Shown here: piece after piece, positions 42,209-55,500 of the stretch
Layout of the letters: every line of letters begins with the position of its first letter
Position numbering within the stretch: the first letter of the stretch is position 1
NCBI GenBank assembly: GCA_964035545.1
Contig: OZ037765.1
Location: 23,373,504-23,437,503, forward strand
Length of the DNA stretch: 64,000 bases
DNA from: Bugula neritina
Taxonomy: Eukaryota; Animalia; Bryozoa
Direction of reading: 5' to 3'
The notes under the pieces: generated by a model
Told to the model about the DNA's origin: nothing
The model's database searches: none
The model's input: only the letters and a program-made list of their open reading frames with translations
Translations under genes and position numbers: made by a program

Positions 42209-45200
42209 CTACCGCCGCCTTTTCCGCTTTTTCCGTTTTCTCTTTTTACTTCTACCTGAAGAACCTAAATAAAAAAGCAATGAAATTTTAACAACAGCAT
42301 ATTTATTGCCCCTTGGATCTAGGCAGGTTTTACTGCTAACTTATAATACAAAAACTGGAACTAAAACCACCCACTTTAAACAGTTGATAGTTAAACTTAG
42401 TCATTGCAAATTTTACCTGAATCAAAATTTTTTGAGATTTTATTCAATACTACGTTCACAAAAAATATATACCTGAAAAAATTGCTAAAAGCGGCCCTGA
42501 GTTGGGGTGGCTGGGTGCAGTAGTTCGAGGTTCTTAAAGCTGGAACTTTGAATCCCCAACTCGAGACTCCCGAACTACTACACTCAGTCACCCCAACTCA
42601 AGCTGCTTGTAGAAAATTTCATATGACTGAGAGTATAATGTAGCTTAACTTTCAGTAATTCATCCTTTGCCATTTCAAATAATAAGTAAAGCGTAGCAAA
42701 ACAATGCCCCCTATATGATTTGCAAAACTTACTATGTGTTGAATCAAACGTAGGTTGATATGCTGCATCTTCAGCTACATCCCAATATTGTGGCTCAGCG
42801 TATGTTGGGTCGTATGCACTGCTGTCATATGTACTCGATGCATTCACTCCATACACAGCTTCTTGTTCATGAGCCTGCATCAAACTCCACTCTTCTGTTG
42901 TTGGATAAGTTCCAAGTTTGAAAGCAAAGAATACAGTAACCAGCTGCAAAATATACACTCTGGTGTATGTACATTCATTAAGGCAACACATACTAGCTGC
43001 GCATGCTTACTACCATTCTAAATAGTAACATATATTCTGTTATATTACAACAGTTATTAGAAATTAATAAACATTGTCATGTTAATGTGACTATGAAACT
43101 TACCAGAACAAAGACTCCAGCTGACCCTCCACCTATCACACCATAAATATTTCTGTCATACAAAGTCTTGAATTCATTGTAACAACCCTGAAATTCTATT
43201 ACAGTGTTAGAATACTAATACTATATATGTATGTATATGTATGCTAAGATGATATTTAGCATACTTGCCATTTTTATTAGTAATATTTTACTATGTGCTA
43301 TTTAGATCTTATCAAATCATATTTTCCTCTAAAATTAATTCTATTCTATTCTACTCTAGTTAAATGCAAATGTGAAACATTAGTAGCTAAACTCTGCCAA
43401 GCATGATGTTTATTTTGTAAAACCCTTAATTTACTGCTTATGCTATAATAGTGTGCTGCATGTATGTTATCCTAAACACGATACCTGTTGTGAATTCGAC
43501 ACGTCTCCAGTATGTGGGCAGCTGTAGTCTACCAATTCCAATTTAGAAAAGTTAGAAGGGAGATAAGCTGTTTGAACTTCCTGATTGGCTGGTGAATTCT
43601 CTTTTAACACGCAACACGTTGGTGGTAAGATTTGAGAAAGGGCAATTAAGTCAATTCTGCCTACAAAATGATATGTTACTTGCAATACTAAGCAACACTA
43701 AGCTAAGAATTTTTTTATTAGTTTTGCATTCTTTTATAATTTGTGCAGTTATATTTTGACGCAAATCTTCTCATCTTCAAATTCCATCAGCTTTTAATAG
43801 AAATGAATATAATTGTATCATATATTCAATTTTCACACCTGGAGAGAATGTCGTATGATTGTTTCTGCCTGTTGCAGTCAGCAGATGAACTCTGTTGTTC
43901 AAAGTCAGCATTCTATTCGCTCTGGCTGGATCAAATCTTGATATGTTAAATACTTTTATACTTTTTTTCCATATGGCAGCTTTTGTAAAGTCATCTCCAT
44001 CATCAAATCCGCAACAGTTGAGCTATATGTTCGATATAAACTTATTAGTATAGCTTTAAGAATGGTCAACTAACAATGATGCACATATAAGTATCATTAT
44101 GTACACATTGTAGATGCAATTGAAATAAATCTTTCTATAACTCATATATTTATAGTTGATATAGTTACATATATTCAATAATTTTAATAGTTTTGTTTTT
44201 GATTATATGTATATCCATTTAGTCAGTATTGCAAATTTTGATTTTATGCTTGACCATAGTAGTTATAAAATAATTATAAGAAATTGGTAACCTAAAGCTT
44301 AACCTAAACTACATACATCATGATAAAATGTAGAATATTGAGCTAATAAACAAGCGATTTAAAATTGTATACCTTAATGTGTGTCCATTGCCACATGTAG
44401 GTAATTACTGCTCCAGGTTTGGTATCATCTTTACCTCCAGATATACCTGTGAAACCTCTTTTCAAAGAAACTCTCCCAAAGTCTTCTAATTTTTTTGTGA
44501 CCTGACATATAGAAAAATGCATGTTTGCAATACACATTTATTTCAATGTAAGACTATGCAGGATAACAATAATTTGCTAATAACATACTCTAGTAAAACT
44601 GACTCCTCATAAAAACTCATTCGAGCCCATCATGCATAGCTTTTGTTTCAGAACAAAATATTATGATGCTGAATATGCCGAAAAGGCTAAAACTAGTGGA
44701 TGGTGTAAAAAATAAATTATTAATAAAGCAGATTGTTAGATTTGGATTTTTCTTTAATTAAGAAACGTTCTTTTCAACCAATCATAATCTCATAACTGCG
44801 TATATAGTTGTCATTCCTGTGAGAATCCTTGACAGCAATCCTTGTAAGTGCATTTCACCAAGTAGTTTGCAAATATTTTGCGTGAAACATGCTTTGTTAG
44901 CTTTCAAAACAACAAAAGAGTAATTCTGACTGAACATTCTCCATGTCATTACCCATGTTGTAATAAGGTTTGGACTGTGACATGCTAGGCCAAAGCTCTA
45001 ACTATCACACCATGACTGTTTTTTCATTTCAACCATGATTCAAACTATCAAATTTTTACCAATATGATTGTGAGCATTATAATATATGGTATACATTTTA
45101 TGTCACTATTTTTAATAGAAGATTAGTAATTTCAAATGTTCATAAAATGCAAGCTATTTCCCAACTTTTTCATGTCAGAAATTGAAAATGTTAAGTTTAC

Positions 45201-46778
45201 AATAGCCAGAGGGAGTTGAAATTAAGTTTGTTTTTCACTTGTAAAATTGTGATGCAAAATTTTGAAACCTCAATCATTTATTATAAGTTGAAAACAGATT
45301 GTTTTTTATTACTAGACCCTGTAATACTTCGGCTTTTAATGCCCTTGTGTTTTTGCATGTAACTACACCATAATAATATAAAATACCTGATCCCTGTTGA
45401 CACCAATATACAGGGCTGCAGCAACCATTGCTATCGAAAATATTCCGATGGTCAGTGAGTACTAAAAAGAAAACACATGTTTATCAGCAAACAATTAGAA
45501 AGTCATAAAACTTTTTTACAATTTCATTAACTTATTATGCGTGTTAGAAGCAAGTAAATGGTTTTATGAAAAAGAACGCTCAGCTTCATTTATAAATTTA
45601 ATTAGATGGTTTCATCAATTGATTAATGTTGAAATTGATTAAAGCAAATTTGCAGCTTATTTTAAGATCAATAGCAGTAGTGCTGTTTCTAACCTCCCCC
45701 CCCCCCCCCCCGAACATTTTTCATATCAACAAACATCTGAATGATTATGGTAAATATCATATATATACTTATTATAGCAGTTCTTGCAAACTATTGGGCA
45801 TACTGTATATTGTTTGCAACTCGTAAGGTTTGGCCTTTATGGCACCAAATTGTTAAGCCAGCGTGAAATTCAGAAAGTCTGATCATTAGCTTGTTAGGTG
45901 TTTAATTTACATTCATTTTTGTAAACAACTTTTTGCAACATACTATTAGTGCACTGTGTAGATATTTTTACAAGTCTATAGTACTTACAAATTGAACTGC
46001 AGGTCTTTTATGAACTGCTGCACCAATGAAGCCAATGATGGAGCACAAAGAGACACCCCCTAGCAGTGCTAGGATGACATATACAAGTTTGTCGACTAAA
46101 GCAGCATCTTCAATCTCTAATATTTTTGGATCCTCATCGCTGGCATAACTGAGTGCTACAGTTATAAGTCTCCACGGGACTGCCTTTCGATATTTTAAAC
46201 ACAAGGCTAAAGCAGCCAGCGACCCACCCTAAAGTATTCACAGATAATGCTGTAAAAAATAAATCTATCTTAACCCAGTATCATATAATGCAAAATGAGT
46301 AAAGGGTGATTTTTCAATTTTGAACACAATATTTTAGAAACAACTGCTTTTAAAACATCTTTTTGTAAGCTAACCCGAAAAGTTTGGTCTTTACTCAAGA
46401 TTACCATTCTACACAATCTATTGATGCTATTAGCTCACTTTACTGTCAGGACAAGCTGAGCATAATGCTGCTTTAACATTAACTGACAAGTGAGAAAAAC
46501 TAATTATATAATTCTTTACATAATTTTCAGTCTTGAAACTGTATGAAGATATAGTCATAGTGTCCGGATGCTTATAAAATATAACTCCACATTTCTCCAC
46601 CTCAAACTTGATGGCATTGACGTATCTTCTGTTTTAGCCCGTTACAGCACAAATGGTTGAATATAAAGACTGTAAAGCTTATGTACTTACTATTACTTAC
46701 AGCACACACAACAGTAATTATACATATGATAAGTCTAAATATTGTCCGAAGAGGCTCATGGTGATCTCTATTCTCCAT
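42209..46778 (-). CDS. Divergent tetraspanin, about 410 aa. Exons 46778-46701, 46228-45989, 45461-45387, 44501-44373, 44022-43839, 43660-43485, 43187-43104, 42943-42733, 42264-42209
   Basis: Four hydrophobic segments and IIGFIGA at the end of TM2. The large extracellular loop has LNCCG, PPTCC, a further C and GC before TM4. Nine GT-AG exons total 1233 nt in frame. Confidence 0.85.
42485..42611. repeat. Imperfect inverted repeat (hairpin or MITE-like) in the last tetraspanin intron
   Basis: 42496-42529 CCTGAGTTGGGGTGGCTGGGTGCAGTAGTTCGAG matches the reverse complement of 42569-42602 (CTTGAGTTGGGGTGACTGAGTGTAGTAGTTCGGG) at 29 of 34 positions. Weaker pairing extends about 10 nt outward. Confidence 0.8.
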
Positions 46779-48009
46779 AAGATTACTTTATAAGTTTAGA
46801 AATAGCGTTTGTCCAAAAACTTTTTTTAATTAATGTTATTATTGTTAAAATATCTAGAATTCCTAAAACAACTACAGTTAAGTGCTATAATCATATAAAA
46901 CAATATTATAGTAACACCATGGTTATAAAAAAATTATTCGACTTGAGGGCAAAAGTAACTAAAAGTCAATGAACTTTTCTTCACAAAAAGAAGTATAATT
47001 GAAATAGATTAGATAATTTGAGAAAAAGTTTAATGATTTCTGTTTTTATCAACACTCTATAAGCTTTTACATATATAAAATATATGAATTGCTCCATTAG
47101 ACAAGCTTCCACATGTTTATCTAAAGATATGCCAGGTATTCTCGTGCATACTGTCACTTGACATGTTTTAAAATCATTTACTGAATCTATACTTAGCATA
47201 CACAGCTGACATCAGAAAAGTAACATCATGAAAGAAGGCAAAAGTGTTTTACAAAAGCAATATGCCATGTTAAATTATACGTTAATGAAACTATTATGAC
47301 TTATAAACATCAATTGTTTGAGTACATAAAACACTATGCTGGCAAAAATCAGTAAGTCCTACTTTTTATGATAAAACAATATACCCATTAAATGGCAATA
47401 ACTTGAAAAATTAGAAATTGTAGCCTATATCTCAAATTACAATTAAGCATTCACCAATTATTATTGCCTGCCCACAAATGAATGGTACAGAGTTTTATCC
47501 ATAGCTGCATTCGTTTTCTCCAAAAAACATCCAGATATTTTACTATACTTTATATAGGTTACAAAAATAATTAAAATAAATATTAACCCTTTTTGAAAAT
47601 AGGTTGTTAATTAACTTATATTATTGACTTGATTTATGGATCAGAAATGCAATATGATGAGTATATCTATGCAATCTACGCAATAAAAAATATAAGTTTG
47701 ATTAGTTCGTTTTAACAAGTATATTATCATATTCTGATGTTTTATTGAAACATGCCCTACTTTATTTACACACATTACTTTTCAATTACAAGCAATGTAG
47801 CATCACTGCCAAAACAATCACATGCACCCAGTTTTGCAACGTTTTGTTTCTGTTTTATAAGCTTTGTGACAATTTTTGATAATAAATAAGTGGTAACTGG
47901 TAGTAATGCTAGCAAGTGGTGAAATTCTACAAAGGCACACGTCGACATTATTGACGATTTGTTGGTTTGCAACAGTTATGTTCTCTTTTTGTATTGAAAG
48001 CGAACATAG

Positions 48010-48029
48010 TTTTGGTCACATGACCAAAA
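48010..48029. promoter_or_regulatory. Palindrome TTTTGGTCA-CA-TGACCAAAA containing an E-box/M-box (GTCACATGAC)
   Basis: Perfect 9-bp inverted repeat with a 2-nt spacer, immediately before ATG 48031. Confidence 0.45.
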
Positions 48030-48030
48030 A

Positions 48031-50697
48031 ATGGCGAATTATGCAACTGTGACTAAGGAAGACTCGGCAACTACCGAAAATAAAAATGATGAGGAAGCCG
48101 AAGCTATATATCACCAACAAAACCCTTGCTTGGTAAAGTATAAAAACACTTTGTACAAACTGAATATAATATTTATTCAAGATGCCGTCACTGTCATGTA
48201 TTAACGGTACATTTGAATCTTAAAATAACCAGTATGAGTATGAGTATTACATTCTGATTCACTGAATGTTACATTGACTTTGAGTTTGACATTCACTATC
48301 ATACTCTATGACTATCACTTATAACTATCCTTTCTCATACTGATAATTATGATGATAGATTTGCCAGTAATGTAGCTGTAATACACTTTTAGCGATACTG
48401 ATGGTGATACTCATTGAGTTTGACTTTCATGCAATCATGCTGATGTGAGTGCTACTGTTATTAATCTCATAGTCAAAGTCAATTTCTATTTTGTAGATAA
48501 GTTAAATTTATAGTTATAATACTAATAGTTCATAATTGAAAGAAATTAATAGTGATAATATTGGTAATTTAGTAATGTGTACTAATAGTAATGCTATCAA
48601 GTAATAAAAATGGACATTTATTATTATTCTACAGTAAATTTAAATATATTTTTTTATTTTAGTTGAATTTACTATATTGCAGTGAAGTCCATATTCTGAA
48701 ACTGCTTGATGCGGTTGAATTATATTGTCACTTGGGTGATCATATGATCAAATAAATTCCGAATTAGTAAAATACTTCAAAGCCATGTTTGCAAATTTAA
48801 CTTTCTTTTGCAACAATTTCATTATATTGAAATTTTGCTGCAAAAGTGTTAATTCTATTTTAATAGGTGCATATTTTTGTGCTATTTTATTTGGCTAAAA
48901 TTGTTATTCAATATTATTAATGTATCAATTGTTAAAAAGTTAAATACTGTATGATATCCATGTTTTCATTTATCAACAAATTTTACGAATCATGTAAACA
49001 TTTTTATGTACAGCTATAAAGTTATATCAACTAATTGCTGACAAAACTATTCAATAATTGACAGGCAAAATTTAACAAAGTTTTGGGTGTGGTGACCGTG
49101 CTCGTGGTGCTAACCAGTCTGGTAATCTGTGCTATACAAGGCTCACATCAACATAATGACTTCTTATTACTTGCCAATATATTACGTGAGTACTTTTATT
49201 TTTCGAATTTTGTAACTGTGAAATTGATATCTGCAGATTTTTTAAATTTTGTGTATTTGCTTTCAAAATAACTTTGAAACTATCAAACTATTTATATTAT
49301 AAAACTAAATTTCATTGACTCTAATAGTTGTTATATATTTTGCCAATCCACAACTTTTTCAAAGATAGTTTTCTTTTCATTTTCGTATGATGAGTACTTG
49401 CTAGAAAAAAAGGTGTTTTGTCACAAGCCTAACAATGGTTTGAATAGCACCTAGAATCTTTAGACTTGTCAACTCGCAGCTAAATCTTTTGAATTGTCTA
49501 AAGTTTCAATATTTAATTTTAAGCTTCAGCAGATCAAAGGGTGTTAGATTACATTATACTTGACAGATGTTATTTTAATCAAACATTATTTATACGCAAT
49601 CATATTCAAATGTCATGACATTTATTTCATTTGATTTTGTAATGGCTTATATCTGTAAAATTTTATCTTATTTTGTAGTATCAAGTTTTATTGCTGTTGT
49701 ACATGTAAGTATACAAAGTTGTAAGTATATAAAGTACTTTTGTTTCTTATGCTGATTTTCTTTTCTACAGAGAGAAGCTCATTCTGTGACAAACAGATTT
49801 AGGCTTGTATGTTCTGGCCACTGCCCAGTGGATATAACTAGAACTTTTGAGGGTTAAAGTCGCTTTAATTGCAGTAAATATGGCCATATAACAGTTTTGT
49901 ATTATTTCTTGCGATTGACAAGTAAGTTTGGGTAAGTTAGTTTAAAATTGCTGCAACACTGAGCTCATTATCTTCAAGATAAGTACGTAAGGATAGATGC
50001 TTCCTTTTGATAAAGTTAATTATATTAAGTCACTGTTACAAAAGCTTATGACAACTTGCAGTATTTGCAGCATTTTCCAGTTCACTAGCGATTTGTATTC
50101 ACTTCAATATTACAGTAGTCTCAAGTGATTAGTAACCTAACAATGCAAACTCTTGAAACAGTGATTGTAGCCATCTCATTCCTATTTTTGAAACTATGAT
50201 GTAATATAAGTGTTTTTCCTACAAGCCAAGGTTGCAGCATCTACTGGTTTTATAAGGTGTTTTCTTCAGAATTTTCTACTTAATGTTAAGTTTTTCTTTT
50301 TCAGTTGTCAGATATATTTGCTCTGCTCAGTTGCTTTCTCTTTTGCTTCTTGGTTGAACAATGTTTTGTAACTGCGGATAAGTTTGTTGTGTGCCCTCAG
50401 CAGCATCTGGAGTTGAATATTGCTTCTATCTTTTGTTGACAGTGTAACTTGGTAGATGATGCATTTATTTGAACTGTATTAAGGGCAACAAATTGCATCA
50501 ACTGTGCATCATGAATATAAAGTTATGTTGCGCATAAATACTTGAATGATTTCTGTTAACAGGCATGGTGGTATAGAAGATCTCATTTGGCTGAGGGAAA
50601 GGTCTGGTTTTTAATATTAATTTATTTCATCATATTGATACAGTGTACAACCAGTGACATTTACGTATTTGCAAGAGATATCAAACCTAAAACTTGA
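48031..50697 (+). CDS. TMEM243: TMEM243-like small three-TM protein, about 127 aa. Exons 48031-48132, 49065-49185, 49679-49704, 50563-50697
   Basis: Spliced product ...KVLGVVTVLVVLTSLVICAIQG...FLLLANILLSSFIAVVHAWWYRRSHLAEGKVWFLILIYFIILIQCTTSDIYVF.... The LSS-x8-WYR spacing and three-TM layout resemble TMEM243 as recalled. Exons total 384 nt in frame. Confidence 0.6.
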
Positions 50698-52554
50698 TAT
50701 AAATTATCCACGATATACATACTATTTTTATGTTTCACTATTGAACGCACATGTATATACATATAATTATTTCATCAACTACTAATTTAGTCAGTTATAG
50801 ACTATAAGTTTTCACAAGAATATTTGGTTTATCTTTTACATAAATATATTACTATATCTATTTTTATGGATAAGTACATTGGTGTTATTGACAATAAACA
50901 CATATCTTTGTTTTTGCAGCAAACGTCTCTAAAAATTTGCCTGATAATTTGTACAACACCCAGCTTTTATCAACAGACTGAAAAATCTTCTAGACTAAAG
51001 TTGCAGGTGCATCATAATTATATGCAATTGTGGAGTTGTTCCACCATATATGTTAGTCATTAGCGGCATTAACATGGAGCATTTGTAACTACTTCAACAA
51101 AAAACCACTCGGGTTTTTTTAAAATAAATTACAGAAGAAAATTGTAAGCAAGTCAATAAGATTGAATTCTACTTGCCCCATGCCCCATTGGTTTTGGGCA
51201 TAGAATATGAGCCTGCCTGCCCCCACACCTGCAGGCCATTCATAAATTCTATTCCAGAGTCTGGTTTATTGGGAAGTTTTTCAACAAACTTTATTATGTG
51301 AAAATATAATCTCTTTATGTGGAAGCAAAGTAAAAATAACATACAACTGTAGCATAAATGTAACAAACTCCTCCACAAATTTCAACGTAAATGTATTTCA
51401 TTAAAAAATATAGCACTTTTATTTGTATCACCCATAGTTATGGCTAGGTAAAGTTAGATTACATATTTGGATAGTCAAAATTATGTACTTACAGTTATAA
51501 TTCGTAGCAGTTATTATAGCGTAGGATTGTAAGAAAAAGCAGTCTGCAGCAAATATTTACATATTTTAAAATTTCTAAATCAATGCATTGTTGGCTAGCC
51601 AGCACCATATCACAGAGCTGCGTGGTGTAAGTATTATAACACTCTAATTTAGCACAACTGTGTTTTGATACAGGAAATGAATGATAAGGGCGTGTCTGTG
51701 ACGAGTACTGGCTGACCAACACTGCAGAAAGTAGAATGTAGTATTAGTAAGAACTATAAAAATATGCAGTGTGAAGGCAGTGGAATCCCTGAGTTCTCCG
51801 ATACAACTTAATTTAAAATAGTTGTATTCCTTCAAAACTCTGCATTCAATTTCAAGCCAACAGAATGAAATTATTGACCAAGTAACTTTGTCAGCAGCAC
51901 ATTGCTGCACAATATCTAATATATGTATCTAGTAAATATCGTATACATATGTGCATAGCACTAAATACACATAACTCACTACAAAAATAATATTGTGATT
52001 TGTCCTATGAACAAAAAGTTATGTAAACCCAGATAAAGTCGATTCAAATCCGGTCAATAGTAAGGAATCATGACAATTTAAAAAGTCTACGTAAATTATA
52101 CATCATAATATACATCAAACAAAATATAAAAAACTATTTAAAAAAATACTTGCAAACCATCATAATTGTGTAACAATGAAAATCGTCATGTTGCTAAAAT
52201 ATAATAAAAGCTTAATTGATAGGGAGTTACTTACTCTCACAAAATCACAATTCTTCAATGAAGCACCCTAATTGCATACTATTGCACACACTAAGTGAGC
52301 TAATAACACTAAATATACGCATAATATGTATGATGTGTAGATACAACCTGTATATACACAAACTAGTTCGTGTTTAAACCATAATCATATAACTTATAAC
52401 TGCTGTTACTGACACGGTCATATATTGTTTTCAGCCTGTTCACCTTACTAATGCTAATTTAGACGTCGTGCGTTATGAACTCAAATGGGTAGTCTATTAG
52501 CATTGTGCAGAGCCAGTGTACGAGGTACAAATGTTGTGATGGCAGTCACAACAG

Positions 52555-55500
52555 TTAATCTCTGGACTCATGTCGTGCTCTTGAAATATTAGCAGGCGAT
52601 GAAGATCTTGAAGCTGACGCTGCAGCAAGTTGCTCCATGTAATGCAATTGTAAAAATCTCTCTGTAACAACATATAGCTGACCAGTCACTAAACATAACG
52701 TTCTGCAGTACAAGCATAATTACAGTCTATAGCAGTATAATAAGCCATAAGGTATTTATTTGGAGTTGCCCATCCTACCACATATTGTGTCCTACCCAAG
52801 GTACTATTTTTAATATTTCAAATATATATTAAAAATAAGTTTAATTTTGTAAACAAATTTGAAAGCAATAAAACAATACAAAAATAATCTTATAAAGTGT
52901 ATACATGTAACCAAACAATGAAACCTCGAAGCAATACTGGAAGATATTGTATTTTCATATGCATACATTTGGATAATAAATATACATAATTAACATATTA
53001 TCGTTTTCTAACAATGAATTGATTAAGGGCGTCTACTGACGCATATGCAATATTTCTAATTATTTAGTTTATTCTATACGTCCCAACAAACCAAAAATTA
53101 TTAAATTTTATCAAAAAGACAGATTAAGATTATGGGAAAGTTATTTCAATGGTAGTTTCATGTTAATACATATAACAGAGGTAAGAAAACTTGATGTCTC
53201 GCTAAAAAAAGTTTAAAACCAGCAAGAAAACCTAGCGTAAAAATGTGTGCACCAAAGAAATATATTCCATGATATAAAAGTGTCCCATTAAATGCATGAT
53301 GAAAGTACATTGAAGGTATTCTTGCAGTGTACAAAGCAATATATTCATTCTCAATTAGACAGAAAATAAAGTCACAGAAGACCTTGAAAAATTTTAATTT
53401 TCTCAAAAATCAAGTTATACTTAATTAATTCCATAACTACAACTTTAGTTAAATTTCAAATTTACAAAACTTCATTAGTTGCATTATTGAACATACTTTC
53501 TCTGCACCACCATTGATGATTACAAATGAAGCAAGTTAATTTATGAGCACAAGATGAATTGAATTTAATAAGTATCTATTGGTTCAAAAAATTTTTTATT
53601 AAAAATTTATCTAATAGGTCAAATATTCACTAATATTAAAAAAACGCAATAATAAATTATTCATATATTTGAATATAGACTAATCTATTCAACCGAAAAT
53701 GTTTGATTTATTTTTCAAGGCTTGTTTTAGTTTTATAGCCAAATTATTGACCTGTGGCAACATTTAAGAAGCTATACTTGTATATATAGACTTGTATTAA
53801 TAGCATAAGTTGGGTCACTTTAATTTTTTTAGTACACATTGGATTTTTTCATGTTTGCTCATTTGATAAAATTCTAGCTGCTACGACACTTGTTTTTGCG
53901 TAAAACTAATAAAGAGTGAACAAATAAAACCAAATACTTGAATACTTTTTTAACTTTTACCTTATTCTCTGATTGCTTGCTCAATTCTTGGTAAAAAGAC
54001 AGGTTGTTTGATGATTTTTATATTATGGTAAATGAACAGCATTCATTTGTAAAAAAAACTCCAGTTAGTAAAATTTTGTGAATTTCATTTAATAATTTAC
54101 AAATTATACAGCTTTCAATCTTTCAAATAAAAATACAAACTATGCCAATGTTTTCATATAATAGTAACCATAATATAAACCAAATATCTTTCAAGAATAT
54201 TTTGTCATCAAATTGGATTTGACAATATGGCAATGACACTTCAGTGTTACAGGACCTCCCTCCCAACCTTTTTTCCTATACATATTTGAAATCAGCATAT
54301 AAAAATACCACCAATTGTTAAACTTTCATAAATTTTGAAGAAGTTTTAATTTTTGATTTTAATTTGCTAGTGTTTACTAAAGAAAGTAAAATTACATAAG
54401 CATATTTAAAAAAGTAGTGTTACAAAACTACCAGAAATACCAGAAAGTGTGCACTGCTTTTATTTTTGATGAACAAATAATTTATTCCAGCAAGAAAATA
54501 TTTTGCAACTGATAGAGTCCATCACTGTAACTGCTGATGGACAATAATGGCATTGATATTTCAATAAATGGTATTATGAATGCATTAGTTTTCCTAAGCC
54601 ATTGCAGCCAGCCTGGCATGTGAAGATGATTACAAAATAAAAGCATATGACCTATTGTAGTGGATAAACACATTTGAACACACTTCAATGTAATAATATA
54701 ACAAGTAGAATTTTTAGTGCCTATATGAACAACTGTCCTATATTTTTCATTATCATAACCTATGCTCATTATTATAAGTGATAAGTGACTGGCTAGTATA
54801 ATTAGTTACAACGTATTAGTATATTGTATTCATGTTACCAATATTTGAGGCAATAATAAAATCAAAGAGTCAAATATTTTTAACTGCCACAATTTAAGTA
54901 AAATCAAAACTTACAACTAGTATGTAATTTAAAGCAATCTGCATTGTGAGACATTTCTGCCCTGCTGTTAGATACTTAGAGATTGACTTCGGCCATTTTA
55001 AGTGAAATGAAAACTTATATTTTTTAGATAAATACCATCAGACTAGGATAAAACTTTCAGACTAGCAGCTGTTTGTGGCATTATAAACTATATAATGCAA
55101 AATAATTAACTACCAAAAAAGCATTAAACAGACATTCATCAAGGTAAATTAATATTTGATAACTTTGGCAACATTCTGAATCTACCTTTCAACTTGACAA
55201 TTACGACTCACAGAATATATATAAAAATTACTTATTGCATTCAACATATTGCGCAAATTTGGACAAAATTATATTTTTGGCTTGGTAATTAAATTTTTTA
55301 AGACGGCCTTTACACAATAATTCACATTTAAAAGGTTACTTGAATTATTTACCATGTATAGGCAATAGGTGTGCTGCAATTAGAAATTGATAGAAAGTAT
55401 ACTATTTTTGCATAAAACAAGCTTTATATTTCTGTAAGATCATTTAAAGTTCTCCATTACCAAGCACATTGTGTACTATTGTAAGGTTTTGAAACTATTA

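Noticed and set aside
47455-47510. MQLWIKLCTIHLW as first tetraspanin exon
   Set aside because: It has no phase-0 GT donor. The exon at 46778-46701 supplies an ATG, the start of TM1 and a consensus GTAAGT donor.
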